From contig OZ251245.1 in the NCBI GenBank assembly GCA_965240325.2, forward strand, positions 868,001 to 932,000: DNA of 64,000 nucleotides, written 5' to 3'. The translations under genes and the position numbers were made by a program. Of the stretch, positions 32,858-43,215 are shown one piece after another; the first letter of the stretch is position 1, and each line of letters opens with the position of its first letter. Below the pieces are notes generated by a model. That model had not been told where the DNA came from, made no database searches, and was given only the letters and a program-made list of their open reading frames with translations. The stretch is from Rebecca billardiae RCC1528 (Eukaryota; Protista; Haptophyta).

Positions 32858-35800
32858 ATGGCGACGCAGCGCGAGTCGATCAAGCGGCTCCCGCCGAGCG
32901 TGGCCCCCGGCTTCATCGTCGACGGCTTCAACTTCCAGCGCGCGGACGTGCAGCACTACTTCCTCACCCACTGGCACGGGGACCACTTCACCGGCCTCAG
33001 CGCCTCCTTCAGCGCAGGCACCATCTACTGCTCGGCGGTGACCGCGGCGTTTGTCGTGCACGTCGGGCTGGTCGACCCGAAGCGCGTGGTCGCGCTCGCG
33101 CTGGACGAGACCGCGCTGATCGACGGCATCGAGGTCACCGCCTTCGACGCGAACCACTGCCCTGGCGCGGTGTGCCTCCACTTCCGCAACCCGCGCACGG
33201 GCGCGAGCGCCCTGCACACGGGGGACCTGCGCGCGGCGCCGTGCGTGTGCGAGAGCCCGACGCTCGCGCGGCTGCTCGCGCAAGGGCCGGTGGACCACCT
33301 CTTCCTCGACACGACGTACTGCTCGCCGCGCTGGACCTTCCCGCCGCAGCCCGTCGTGCTCGACGCGCTGCGCGCGCTCGCCGCGGCCGAGATCGAGCGT
33401 GAGCCTGAGACCCTGTTTTTGATGGGCTCGTACGAAGTGGGGAAGGAGCGCGCGATCGTGGCGCTCGCCGAGGGCGCGCGCGCGCGCGTCGACGTGAGCG
33501 ACGTGCGCGCGCGCAAGCTGCAGCTCGCGGGCTGGTGGGACGACGCGCGCTTCGTGTGCGGCGCCGCGGCGGAGGCGGAGGCGGAGCGCCGGCGGCGGCT
33601 TGGCTCGGCGCACGGCGACGCCGCCGGCGATGCCGAGGGCTGGCCCGAGCCGCGCGTGCGCGTCGTGCCCATGTTCGGCGGTCAGGCGGACCACGACGCG
33701 ATGGCCCGCCTCCTCGCGCGGCCGGACGGCAGCCCCGCGCCGGGCGAGCGGCGCGCGTGGCGCGCGGTCGTCGCCATCCGGCCGACAGGCTGGGCGTGGT
33801 CGGCGCGGCGCGCGGAGGAGGGCAGAGTCCACGCGCCGCCGTGGACGGAGAACGAGGGCCGCACGCGCGCGTACGCGCTGCCCTACTCGGAGCACTCGTC
33901 GTACGACGAGCTGCGCGCGTTCGTGGCGCGCGTGCGCCCGCGCGCGCTCACGCCCACAGTGAACGCTGACGGAGACTCGGAGTCTGAGCAGCAGCGCGCG
34001 CTCCTCGCACCCCTGCTCGACCTCAGCGCCGACAGGCGGCGCATGCCGTACTATCTGATGGCGGCGCAGCAGCCGGCGCGCGCGCCGGCTGAGGCCGGCG
34101 GTGCGGAGGGCGGCGGTGCGGCGGCGGGCGCGGCGGCGGGCGCGGCGGCGCCTGCCGCCGCGGCGGGCGGCGGCGCGGGCAGCACTGGCCGCGCCGGCGG
34201 CAGCGGCAACGGCGCCTTCGCCTTCACCTTCCTCGCCTCCGCGCGCGACGGCGACGGCGAGGCCGTGCGCGCGGGCGGCGTGCGCGCGCCCGCGGCCGGG
34301 GGCGGCGCAGCCGCCGGCGCGCCGGAGGCTGCGCTGGTGACGCTGAGTGTGGACGTGGCCGAGCAGGCGCGGCTGCTTGCGCAGTGCGAGGCCGCGGCGC
34401 ACGCGCGCGCCGCCGACGCGCGGCGCAGCCCGAGGCTGGAGCCCTTCCCCCTGCGCTGCGTGGCTTACATACACTCGCACGACGGCGTGAGCTTCCGAGA
34501 GAAGGCGCGCCTGACGGCCGCGCTCGAGGGGCTCGGGGCCCGCGTGCTCAAGCGGCTGCCGGGCAGCCGCGCCGCGCCGCCCGCCGGTGTGCTCGACGAC
34601 GACGCAGAGCAGCCCGCCTCGCCGGGCGCGCCGCCGCCCGGCGCGCGCGCGACCCACGTCGTCGTGAGCTCCAAGCACGATGCGATGCGGCGGCTGGCCT
34701 CGGGCGCGATCGACGAGCGGCAGGCGGCGGTCGGGGTCGACCCGAGGCTTGGCGGCGCGCGCGCGGTGACGGAGGCGTGGGTCCTGCGCCACGTGCGCGC
34801 CGCGCACGCGGGCGTGGCGCCCGCGCACTCGGCGGCAGCGCTGCAGGCAGCCGAGGCGGCGGCGGCGGCGGAGGCGGCGGCGCGGCGGCAGGCGCGCAAG
34901 CGGCCGGCGGCGGCGGCGGCGGCGGCGGAGGGCGCCGAGGTCCGCGCCGCGCGCGAGCGCTCTCGCACGCGCGCGGTGGACGAGCGGATCGGTCGCGCGC
35001 TCACGCAGCGGCTGTACCTCCTCGCGCGGCGCGACGTGAGCCGCGGGCCCGACGCCGGCGCCACCGGCGTCACGCCCGAGCGCCGCGCCGCCGAGCTCGG
35101 CGGCGGCGGCGCCGCCGCCGCCGCCGAGTCGGAGCCGACGACTGCCGCGCCTGCGGCTGCAGCGGCTGGGTGGGTCTCTCAGTTCTGGGTACTGGGATCT
35201 ACTGGCCTTGTGTATGAGTGCGTGGTGGACCGGTACCCGCGCTGCAGCTGTCCGGACGGCGGCGGCGGCGAGGATGGGCGGTGCAGTGTCCGCGCACCGT
35301 CGCCATCATCACCCGCCGCCGCCGCCGCCGCCGGCAGCGCGCGCGCCCGCGCCGCCGGCCACACGTGCAAGCACCTGCTGTGGCTGTACTTGCGCGCGCT
35401 GGGGCTGCCGCGCTCGTCGCCGCTGCTGCAGCAGCGCGCGCTGCTGCAGAGCGAGCTCGCTGCGCTGCTCGGCCCGAGCTTTGGCTCCGCGGCGTGGCGC
35501 GGCGGCGCGCACACACAGCTGCGCGCGTACCCGCGAGCCGTCGCCGAGTTCGAGCGGCGCGCCGGCGCCGGCAGCGCGGCGGAGGTGGGCGGCGCGCCTG
35601 CCGCCGCCGCGGCCGCGCACGCCGAGGCCGAGCCGGTCGGCCGCGGCGCGCGCGCTCGGAGGCCACTCGGTGAGCAGCCCTGTCCGATCTGCCTGGAGCC
35701 CTTCACAACGGCTTTCCTCTTCGCGCCGCCCATGCCGCGCGCAGCGGCGGGCGCGGCGGGCGCGGGTGCGACGAGCGTCGTGACGCGCGCGGCAGCGCAT

Positions 35801-36580
35801 GGCAGCGCGCTCGCGCCCGCGCCGGCTGGAGCACCGGCCATCGAGGCCGCGCCGGCTGCAGACGCCAGGGCGGCGGCGGCGGAGGCGGCGAGTGGCGCTC
35901 GGCGCGGTGCATCGCTCTTCTGCCCGTCGCCCTCAGCAGCTGTGCAGACGTGTCCGCGCGCGGACGGCGGCGCGGATGGCGGCGCGGACGGCGGCGCGGA
36001 CGGCGGCGCGGACGGCGGCGCGGACGGCGGTGCGGACGGCGGCGCGGACGGCGGCGCGGACGGCGGCACGGACGGCGGCGCGGACGGCGGCGCCGACGGC
36101 GCGGTCGACAGGCTGGGCGCAGTGAGCCCCGCCGCCGCCGGCGCGCCCGGCGCCGCGGCCGAGCGCTCGGACGCGCCGCCGCGGACGCCGGTAGAGGGCC
36201 CGTGCACTGAGGCCACTGAGTGGTGCGCGTTTGGCTGCGGCGCCAACGTGCACCGTGACTGCATCCGCAGATGGCACGCGCACGGCGCGGCGCGCGGCGC
36301 GGGCGGTGCGCCGCACACGGCCGTGGCCGGCCTTGCAGAGGGCTGCCCGTTGTGCCGCGCGCCTTGGCCGAGCGCCGCCGACGCGGGCGCGCTCGGCGAG
36401 ACGGACGGCGTGCCCGCGGTGCGCGGCGCGGCCGCGGGCGCCGCCCGCGCTGACGCCCGCGCCGCGCGCACGACGGCTGCTGGCTACCTCGACCTCGGCG
36501 CGCTGCAGCCAGGGACGGCCGCCGTGCGCGACACGTCGACCTACTCGGAGTGGTATCATCGCCGGCGGCAGGCGTCGTGA
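32858..36580 (+). CDS. SNM1/PSO2 (DCLRE1A-like) MBL/beta-CASP nuclease fused to BRCT-like, SWIM and RING domains
   Basis: FIVDGF, YFLTHWHGDHFTGL, ANHCPGA, LHTGDLR, LFLDTTY, IRPTGW, LPYSEHSSYDEL. Then a BRCT-like segment, SWIM (CSCPD...CKHLLW) and a split RING (CPIC...C..GCG.NVH..C..W...CPLCR). Likely start is ATG 32858. Confidence 0.88.
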   Translation: MATQRESIKRLPPSVAPGFIVDGFNFQRADVQHYFLTHWHGDHFTGLSASFSAGTIYCSAVTAAFVVHVGLVDPKRVVALALDETALIDGIEVTAFDANHCPGAVCLHFRNPRTGASALHTGDLRAAPCVCESPTLARLLAQGPVDHLFLDTTYCSPRWTFPPQPVVLDALRALAAAEIEREPETLFLMGSYEVGKERAIVALAEGARARVDVSDVRARKLQLAGWWDDARFVCGAAAEAEAERRRRLGSAHGDAAGDAEGWPEPRVRVVPMFGGQADHDAMARLLARPDGSPAPGERRAWRAVVAIRPTGWAWSARRAEEGRVHAPPWTENEGRTRAYALPYSEHSSYDELRAFVARVRPRALTPTVNADGDSESEQQRALLAPLLDLSADRRRMPYYLMAAQQPARAPAEAGGAEGGGAAAGAAAGAAAPAAAAGGGAGSTGRAGGSGNGAFAFTFLASARDGDGEAVRAGGVRAPAAGGGAAAGAPEAALVTLSVDVAEQARLLAQCEAAAHARAADARRSPRLEPFPLRCVAYIHSHDGVSFREKARLTAALEGLGARVLKRLPGSRAAPPAGVLDDDAEQPASPGAPPPGARATHVVVSSKHDAMRRLASGAIDERQAAVGVDPRLGGARAVTEAWVLRHVRAAHAGVAPAHSAAALQAAEAAAAAEAAARRQARKRPAAAAAAAEGAEVRAARERSRTRAVDERIGRALTQRLYLLARRDVSRGPDAGATGVTPERRAAELGGGGAAAAAESEPTTAAPAAAAAGWVSQFWVLGSTGLVYECVVDRYPRCSCPDGGGGEDGRCSVRAPSPSSPAAAAAAGSARARAAGHTCKHLLWLYLRALGLPRSSPLLQQRALLQSELAALLGPSFGSAAWRGGAHTQLRAYPRAVAEFERRAGAGSAAEVGGAPAAAAAAHAEAEPVGRGARARRPLGEQPCPICLEPFTTAFLFAPPMPRAAAGAAGAGATSVVTRAAAHGSALAPAPAGAPAIEAAPAADARAAAAEAASGARRGASLFCPSPSAAVQTCPRADGGADGGADGGADGGADGGADGGADGGADGGADGGTDGGADGGADGAVDRLGAVSPAAAGAPGAAAERSDAPPRTPVEGPCTEATEWCAFGCGANVHRDCIRRWHAHGAARGAGGAPHTAVAGLAEGCPLCRAPWPSAADAGALGETDGVPAVRGAAAGAARADARAARTTAAGYLDLGALQPGTAAVRDTSTYSEWYHRRRQAS
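35958..36103 (+). repeat. 12-bp coding minisatellite (GADG)n
   Basis: About 12 copies of GCGGACGGCGGC inside the RING insert. Confidence 0.9.
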
Positions 36581-36705
36581 CGACCGCTGCGTCTGATCAT
36601 CTCATAATCATCTCTGCGCGTTGCTAGTATCATAGCTTACCATATGTCTGCATCTGCTGTAGTCGTCTGTAGCCGGGAGTCGAATTCCAGATTTATTGAG
36701 ACGCG

Positions 36706-38877
36706 ATGACGAAATCGGCCAGCCGCGGACGGACGGGCGCCATGCTCAGGCTCTCGCCGAAGAAGTCGGCCGCGCCGGCGGCGCGCGCGCACACGAACGC
36801 GCGCGTGGTGATGCTGGAGACGGTGACGAACGCGAACACGGTGCACGGCGACGTGATCGACATCGGCTTCCTCCTGCGCTACATGGACATCTGCACGTGC
36901 GCGTCGGCTGAGCTCTATGCGAGGCACAACTGCGTGACGGTCGCGATGAGCGACGTCGCGATCGACTACACGCCCAAGCTGCTCGACGTGATCGAGCTGG
37001 TGGCTGAGCCCGTGCTGATCGGGCACACCTCGCTCGAGATCGAGATCACCGTCACCGCCGAGCGCCAGCTGAAGGGCGGCCGCACGGAGCGCGCGGGCGT
37101 GTGCACGGCACACTTCACATATGTCACCGTCCGGCACGAGGGCGGCGAGAAGGTGGTGCTCCCGCCGTTCGAGCCGACGACGGAGGAGGCGCGCTGGGCG
37201 ATGGTGCTTGCCGAGTCCCGCCGCAAGCTCATCAAGCTCGAGCGCGAGCGCAACGCGAGCAAGCACGAGGCGGCCGTGCCGTCCGGCGCGCCGCGCGTTG
37301 ACAGCGCGCTGCGCAGCCGCAGCAGCCACCCGTCCGACTGGGGTGGGGGCACGCCGCGCCGCGTGAGCTCGGCGGCCCTCACCGCCGCGCGGGGGCAGCT
37401 CGCCCCCGTCCGCGGCGGCCGGCTCGCCGCCACCCTCCGCGTCGCCACCAGCGCGGGCCGGCGCGGGCGCGGCGCGCGCTCGGCGGCGCGCCCCGAGCCG
37501 CGCGAGACGGCGATCGAACTGACGGAGGTGGTGCTGCCTCCGCACCAGAACCACATGGGGCACACGTTCGGCGGGATCGTGATGCACTGGGCGCACAAGG
37601 CGGCGTACATCTGCGCCGCGCGGCACGCGGGGCACGCCTCCGCGCTGCGCACCGCGCTGATCAACCGGATCTCCTTCGCGGTCGGCTCGACGGTGAGTGA
37701 CCACCTCACGTTTCAGGCGATGGTGAATCGCGTGTTTGGCGGCCGGATGCTCGAGGTGGGCGTGCGCGTGGTCAAGCGGAACATCGGCTCGGAGGCGGAG
37801 GAGAAGTGCTCGGCGGGGTACTTCGTCTTCGAGCACGCCGACGCCGCGCGCACGCCGCCGATCCCGCCGCTCGCCGAGCCGCGCCACGACGACGAGGGCG
37901 CGCTCGGCCGCGCGGCGCGCGCGACTCGGCGGTATCACTACCTGACGGCGCGCAAGCAGCTGCTGACGAACGTGGGTGGCGTGCCGACGTGGGACGACTC
38001 GCTCGCGCGCGAGGCGGCGATGCTGACCCTCGAGTCGCTGCTGCGGCTGCACCAGTCGCAGGCGCTCACGTGGATGGCCGTGCGCGCGCACAGGCCGCCG
38101 GGCATCACTGCGGAGCACCGGCTGCGCGTGGCGGTTGCCGCGGGCTGCTGGGGCCGCGCCAGCTTCGTGCTGCGCGTGACGGGCCGGGCGCGCGGCGCGC
38201 GCGGCGCGGCGCCGAGCGTCGCGGAGGCGCTCGACGTGGCGCGCACCCGGCGGCCCGAGTGGGATCCCGCGTGCATCGCGCTGCGCCTGCTGCAGGACGA
38301 GCGCACCGGCGCGCCGCTGGCCGAGCTCGCTGCTGAGGGCGAGGAGGGTCGCCCGGCGCCCACCGCAGCGCTCGGCGAGGGCTGGGAGGTGGTGCGCTTC
38401 GAGCGGCGGCTGCCGACGGCGCTTGCGACGGCGGCGTGCACGGGGCATCGCACGCTGCTGCTCTCGCTGCTGCGCGCGTGGCGCGTGAGCGCGCTCGACG
38501 GCTCGGCCATGCTCGCGTCGCGCTCGGTGCGCCACCCGCGCCTGCCCCGTCCACACGGCGAGGTCCTGCCGTCCGGATTTCTGATGCGTCCGGTGCGGAT
38601 GGGGGACGCCGACGCCGCCGACGCCGACGCGGCTCGGAAGGCGGAGCCGACGAGCGCCGGCGCGCCCAGCGCCGATGCCGGCCTCGAGCTGACGTACGTC
38701 GTGGAGATCGAGCTCAAGACGGCGCGGCGCACGGCCCTGTACATGCCAGACCGCTTCATCGTCGTCGCGGCGGCGCGGAGCTGCGCCGAGACGCTCGCCG
38801 GCCTGATCCGCTGCCTCGAGGGGGGCTCGGCCGAGCGGCGGCCGCCGGGAGCTGCGGAGAGCCGGCCGGCATTATGA
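36706..38877 (+). CDS. Acyl-CoA thioesterase, double hotdog plus START-like domain (ACOT11/12-like)
   Basis: Hotdog 1: LLRYMDICTCASAE...CVTVAM, GHTSLEI. Hotdog 2: EVVLPPHQNHMGHTFGGIVMHW. C-terminal START-like region: RPEWD, LASRSVRHP, GEVLPSGFLM, LTYVVEI. Confidence 0.85.
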   Translation: MTKSASRGRTGAMLRLSPKKSAAPAARAHTNARVVMLETVTNANTVHGDVIDIGFLLRYMDICTCASAELYARHNCVTVAMSDVAIDYTPKLLDVIELVAEPVLIGHTSLEIEITVTAERQLKGGRTERAGVCTAHFTYVTVRHEGGEKVVLPPFEPTTEEARWAMVLAESRRKLIKLERERNASKHEAAVPSGAPRVDSALRSRSSHPSDWGGGTPRRVSSAALTAARGQLAPVRGGRLAATLRVATSAGRRGRGARSAARPEPRETAIELTEVVLPPHQNHMGHTFGGIVMHWAHKAAYICAARHAGHASALRTALINRISFAVGSTVSDHLTFQAMVNRVFGGRMLEVGVRVVKRNIGSEAEEKCSAGYFVFEHADAARTPPIPPLAEPRHDDEGALGRAARATRRYHYLTARKQLLTNVGGVPTWDDSLAREAAMLTLESLLRLHQSQALTWMAVRAHRPPGITAEHRLRVAVAAGCWGRASFVLRVTGRARGARGAAPSVAEALDVARTRRPEWDPACIALRLLQDERTGAPLAELAAEGEEGRPAPTAALGEGWEVVRFERRLPTALATAACTGHRTLLLSLLRAWRVSALDGSAMLASRSVRHPRLPRPHGEVLPSGFLMRPVRMGDADAADADAARKAEPTSAGAPSADAGLELTYVVEIELKTARRTALYMPDRFIVVAAARSCAETLAGLIRCLEGGSAERRPPGAAESRPAL

Positions 38878-39275
38878 GCGTGCGCGCGCAGTGCGTAGCC
38901 TGCATGGGTGGTATCACTACGAAATCTTGCTGCTTTCCTTGGGACTTGCAGCAGCGCTGACGACGGCACGGGCACGGCCGGTATAGATCGTAGTAGTTGA
39001 CCGTTGTCACTGAGTCTGAGGACTGAGGTGCCCTTGATGAGCTCGTTTAGCCCGGAAGCTTCGTCTGCAATGCCCAATTAACTCGGCATGATTCTGAGAA
39101 CCATTTGGAACCCGTGTCCAGATCACTTCTCGCCTGCCTGAGCTGTGCGCGTCTCTTATTCTTAGTAAACTGTAACTCATCGGCCGCCGCCATCCTGCGA
39201 CGAGCACCAAGGCGGCCAGTCGCGTGTCGGCGTGTGTTGCTTGGCACCCAGGCCAACGACTACGACGACGCTGGC

Positions 39276-40281
39276 ATGCGCGTGTGCATTTCCAAGGCCG
39301 CGGCCGTGGGCGCATGCGCATTGCTCTGCGCGATCTACGTGGGCGTGCTGTACGCCTTCGCACCCAACGCGCGCTTGCGCGACGACCCGATGGTCATGCG
39401 CCGCCGCATAGGCCGCACGCTCGGCGTGTGCGCACTCGCGCCTCTCGCGCTGGTGGCGTGCCACCTGCCCATGCATGTGCCTGAGCGTTGCGCTCATGAT
39501 ATTGACGTGTCCCTCCACGTGTGGCTGGGCTTGCGCCTGGGCGTGGGTTGCCTTCTGGCTACGCTCGCGGCGATCGCGCTCACGTGCACCCTCTACCTCG
39601 GCCCACTGGTCATGATGCGCCGCGCGGACTGGGAGGCCCTCCGCTCCGAGCGGCTCACGCTCGAGCTCGCCAACGTGCGCACACTCGTCGTGGTGCGTGC
39701 GCCAGCCATGCGCACGCGTCGCGCGACCCGGCCGCACGCCACCGGCGCACGGCATGCGTGACGCCCAATCCCTCGGCCCTGCCCACAGCTGCGCCATGCT
39801 CACTCTCCTCGCGGCTCGCTGCGCCGCCGCCCTACACCCGTGGCAGGGCCCGCTCGCGGAGGAGGTCGTGTTCCGCAGCGTGATGTGCCCGCTGCTGCAC
39901 GGCGCGGGCTTCTCTGACGCGGGCACCGTCTGGCTGGCGGCCCTCACCTTTGGCTGCGCGCACCTCCACCACAAGCTCGACCTGCATGCTGATTGGTCGG
40001 CCGTGGGCCTGATGTTTGGGTATACCACGCTGTTCGGCGCGTATTCTGCGTACCTCTTCGCGCGCACCGGGTATCTGCTGCCGCCGCTGTGCGCGCACGT
40101 GCTGTGCAACCTGCTCGGGCTGCCAGACTTTGGCGCGATCGAGTACCAGCCGAGGCCAAGACTAGTCGCGGGCTGCTTCGCGCTTGGGATCTTCGGCTTT
40201 GCTGCGCTCACGACCGGCGACGCGCTTCTGCGCCCGCCGCTCTTCGGGTCGGTGCTCTGGCACGAGTACCGCCGAGGCTAA
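39276..40281 (+). CDS. RCE1: CAAX prenyl protease 2 (Rce1/CPBP); join(39276..39692,39847..40281)
   Basis: YVGVLY, RDDP.VMRRR, LYLGPL, RTLVV|GPLAEEVVFR, FGCAHLHH, YTTLFG, HVLCNLLGLP. Phase-0 GT-AG intron at 39693-39846. Confidence 0.92.
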
Positions 40282-40423
40282 GCCCGCCAGGTGGTACGCG
40301 GCCGCCGATCTGGTCCACGTCCCGGCTTGAGGGCTTCCGCTCCGCGCTGCGCCGGACTAATACGTAGAATTTATAGTAATTTACCGTCGAGTCATACATG
40401 CAACTTCGGTGTCCTACTACTAC

Positions 40424-41653
40424 TAACGCGGCGGCGCGTGTAGTTGCTGCTTGATGAGTAAGTATATAGGCGGTGCTCGTCTCACTAAGCGGCGGCGGCC
40501 TTCGGTCAAGCGCCAAAGGTGGTTGGATGGCTCTCGAGCTCGCTTGGAACATGCTCGTCGGTAGTGGTCGGCGGAGTCGCATACTTTGTACTTCGAGAGT
40601 GCGACGCGGAGCGCCCGGTCCTTTCACGCCAGGCGCTCGAGCACCACGTCAGTCGTGCCGATGGGCGCCTCCTCGAGCAGGTCGAGCAGGTGAGGCAGCG
40701 CGCTCTCACGCACCAAGGCCGCCGCCAATCCCATGATGAAATACGGCACGCGGCGCATGTCCACGGAGCTGTTCCGCTGCCATGCGTCGGGGTCGGCGCG
40801 CATTCGGGCCAGGTCCGCGTCTGCGTACGGGGCGCGACTGGTCGCCTCACGCAGAGTGCGCACGGCTGACTTGCTGGCCTCGTCAACATCGACGATCGCA
40901 ATGTCCCATGTCTGCGCTGGAAAATCGCGTAGAAATTGGCAGAAGCGAACGCGCCACGACGGGAGCAACTCCGAATCGTCCTCCATGAGCAAAAAGTAGC
41001 GCTCGTCCTCGCGAGGTGCACGGCGTGTGCGGGGCGCTGGTCGCTGCGTCGCACTGCCGGTGCGCGCCAAGTTGACGCGAGCTTCGAGCATCTGCAGGGC
41101 GCACCGCATGCTCAGGAAGTTGGCCACGAATGCGCCGCAGACTGCCTTGCTGATTTTGAACGTATGCGCAACTGTCGAGAGCGGTCCGTACTGCGTGTAG
41201 TGCTGGCAGCCCAGCACGCCGCCCAGCACGCCGTTGAGCACGCCGCCGACGCCTCAGACCATCCTGTGCACGCACTTGACGAGTGGCAAGCGCAAGCCAC
41301 AGCTCGGCCCCGTCGGCTGCGTCCTGCGGCGGCAACGGCGCTGGCTGTACATCGCACGCGCGAAGTCGGCGCCCAAGCGCTCAGGTGTCTGGCTCATCAG
41401 CAGCTGCTGTATGTCGGCGACCGGCGGCTCGAACGCTCGCACGCGCACCGCCACCAGGCCTACCTCACCGAGTGTCCGCTCCATGAAGGCCGCGCGAGCC
41501 TTGTGGCGATCACGGTTCACATAGTACGCGGCCTCAATCGTGGGCGATGATGTGTTCCCAAGGACATCCCCGGCCACCGCCGCGGCATCGCATGCTCGGC
41601 GCCACTTGCGAGAGGGCCGATGCCACTACCGCCAGTCGTACCGCCGCCATCAT
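40424..41653 (-). pseudogene. Disrupted GT25-like glycosyltransferase paralogue
   Basis: YYVNRDRHKARAAFME..., YFLLMEDD, TWDIA, collinear with the neighbouring gene. In-frame TGA at 41254-41256 and at 40624-40626. The signal-peptide ATG lies in another frame. Confidence 0.6.
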
Positions 41654-41975
41654 GACACCATGATATGTGGCGTCAACGATGGCGGCGGTACGACTTCACG
41701 GCTTCACCACAATTGTACTTGTAGTCTGGTGGCACATACAGTATCGTCATTTCGAGAGCATGCAGATTGGTCATTGGATCTTGTCGTCAGATCCGCACCG
41801 CCAGCTGACCGCCGTCACCGCCTCCATCTCCAGGGGCGCACAGCTAAGCCTACGCGGCGCAGCATCATCAGCAGTGCATGCGCGCGGCCGCGGTTGCGCG
41901 GCCGCGCTGCGTGCCGCCAGTTCGGCAGTTGATTCCGCCGGTTCGCCCGGTACCTCTGTGAGTGGTGACGGGTTC

Positions 41976-43115
41976 CTAACTGGTCGTCGGGAGGACGAGC
42001 GTCGTCCTGCTCTGGTCAGGCGTGCCAGCATCGAAGACGGGCTCGTCGCTCATCGTGAAGCGTATCTGCTGCTTGCAGTGCGCGTGCACGATCACTGCGT
42101 CGTTGCTCTGCAGCGCCGCGCCCTCCAGCGCGGCCAGCAGCTTGGCCACCCCGCGCTCCTGGGCGAGCACGGCGCCCATGCCCATAGAGAAGCGCACGCG
42201 CACGTGCTCGGCGGGGGCGAGCTCCGCGCGCTGGGAGCGCAGCCGCACGAGCGCCTTCGCGCTCAGCAGGGACGCGTTCGTCGGCAGCGCCAGCCCCATC
42301 TTGGTATAGATGGGCATGCAGACGCCGCCCGGCTCGACATGCTGAGCCCACCGGTCAGTCTTTGCACGCGACGACTCCAGCTTGGCCGCGTCCCAGGTGG
42401 AGGGTGGGCTGCGCGCCATGAACGCGCAGTAGCGCCGCGTCCAGTCCTTGAACGGGCGAACATCATCCTCGAGCAGCAGCACGAAGCGGCCCGGGCACGT
42501 CCGTGCGCCGTCCGCGCACCGGCGCGCCGCCGCGCCCTGCGGCTGAGTGCGCTGCAGGTACTTCTGCATCGCGCGGAGTGCAGCCAGCTTGCTGAGGTGG
42601 TTGGCGACCAGCGCGGCGCACTTCACCGAGGTCGTCTTGTTAGCCATATGCGCCTGCTGTGCGAAGGGTACGTACGCGCTCAAGTGCAGGCACTTTGTCC
42701 TCGTCGCCAGATGCGCGGCTACGCAGCACGCCACGGGCCGCTGCGCCGAGCACCCCGGCTCCCTGCGCTGCGCCATGAGCTTTGCGCACCGCTTCTGCTT
42801 GAGCATCTGCTCCGTGAAGCGCTGCATGTCCTCGCCACCGGTGGACAGCCGCGAGTCATACGCTGTCACGGACTCGCCCTCTTCCAGCCTCGGCGTGTTG
42901 ATCGCTCTGATGCGCATGGCACGAATGCCCGCCGCTCGAAGTGCTTTGCGCATGTGCGACGCGCGCACCGCGTCCACGTCGCGGTTGATGAAGAAGGCGA
43001 CCTCCGGGAAGGTCACCTCGGGCGCTTGCGCGCACGGAGCTCGTTGGCTCGCGAGCGGCTGCTCAGCCGCGCTCAACAGCAACAGCACGAGGCCGCGCCA
43101 GAACACGGGCGCCAT
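41976..43115 (-). CDS. Secreted/Golgi glycosyltransferase family 25-like protein
   Basis: Signal peptide MAPVFWRGLVLLLLSA, FFINRDVDAVRASHM...AMRIRAI, FVLLLEDDV, TWDAAKL. Confidence 0.65.
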   Translation of the reverse strand: MAPVFWRGLVLLLLSAAEQPLASQRAPCAQAPEVTFPEVAFFINRDVDAVRASHMRKALRAAGIRAMRIRAINTPRLEEGESVTAYDSRLSTGGEDMQRFTEQMLKQKRCAKLMAQRREPGCSAQRPVACCVAAHLATRTKCLHLSAYVPFAQQAHMANKTTSVKCAALVANHLSKLAALRAMQKYLQRTQPQGAAARRCADGARTCPGRFVLLLEDDVRPFKDWTRRYCAFMARSPPSTWDAAKLESSRAKTDRWAQHVEPGGVCMPIYTKMGLALPTNASLLSAKALVRLRSQRAELAPAEHVRVRFSMGMGAVLAQERGVAKLLAALEGAALQSNDAVIVHAHCKQQIRFTMSDEPVFDAGTPDQSRTTLVLPTTS

Positions 43116-43215
43116 GAGGCGGGTCCAGGCAGCCAACGGGGTGTCCGCACGTCGACGCCCAGGATTCATATTGTCAACGGCAACGACCGTGTGAATTTGT
43201 ACAGTCCCCCCACTG

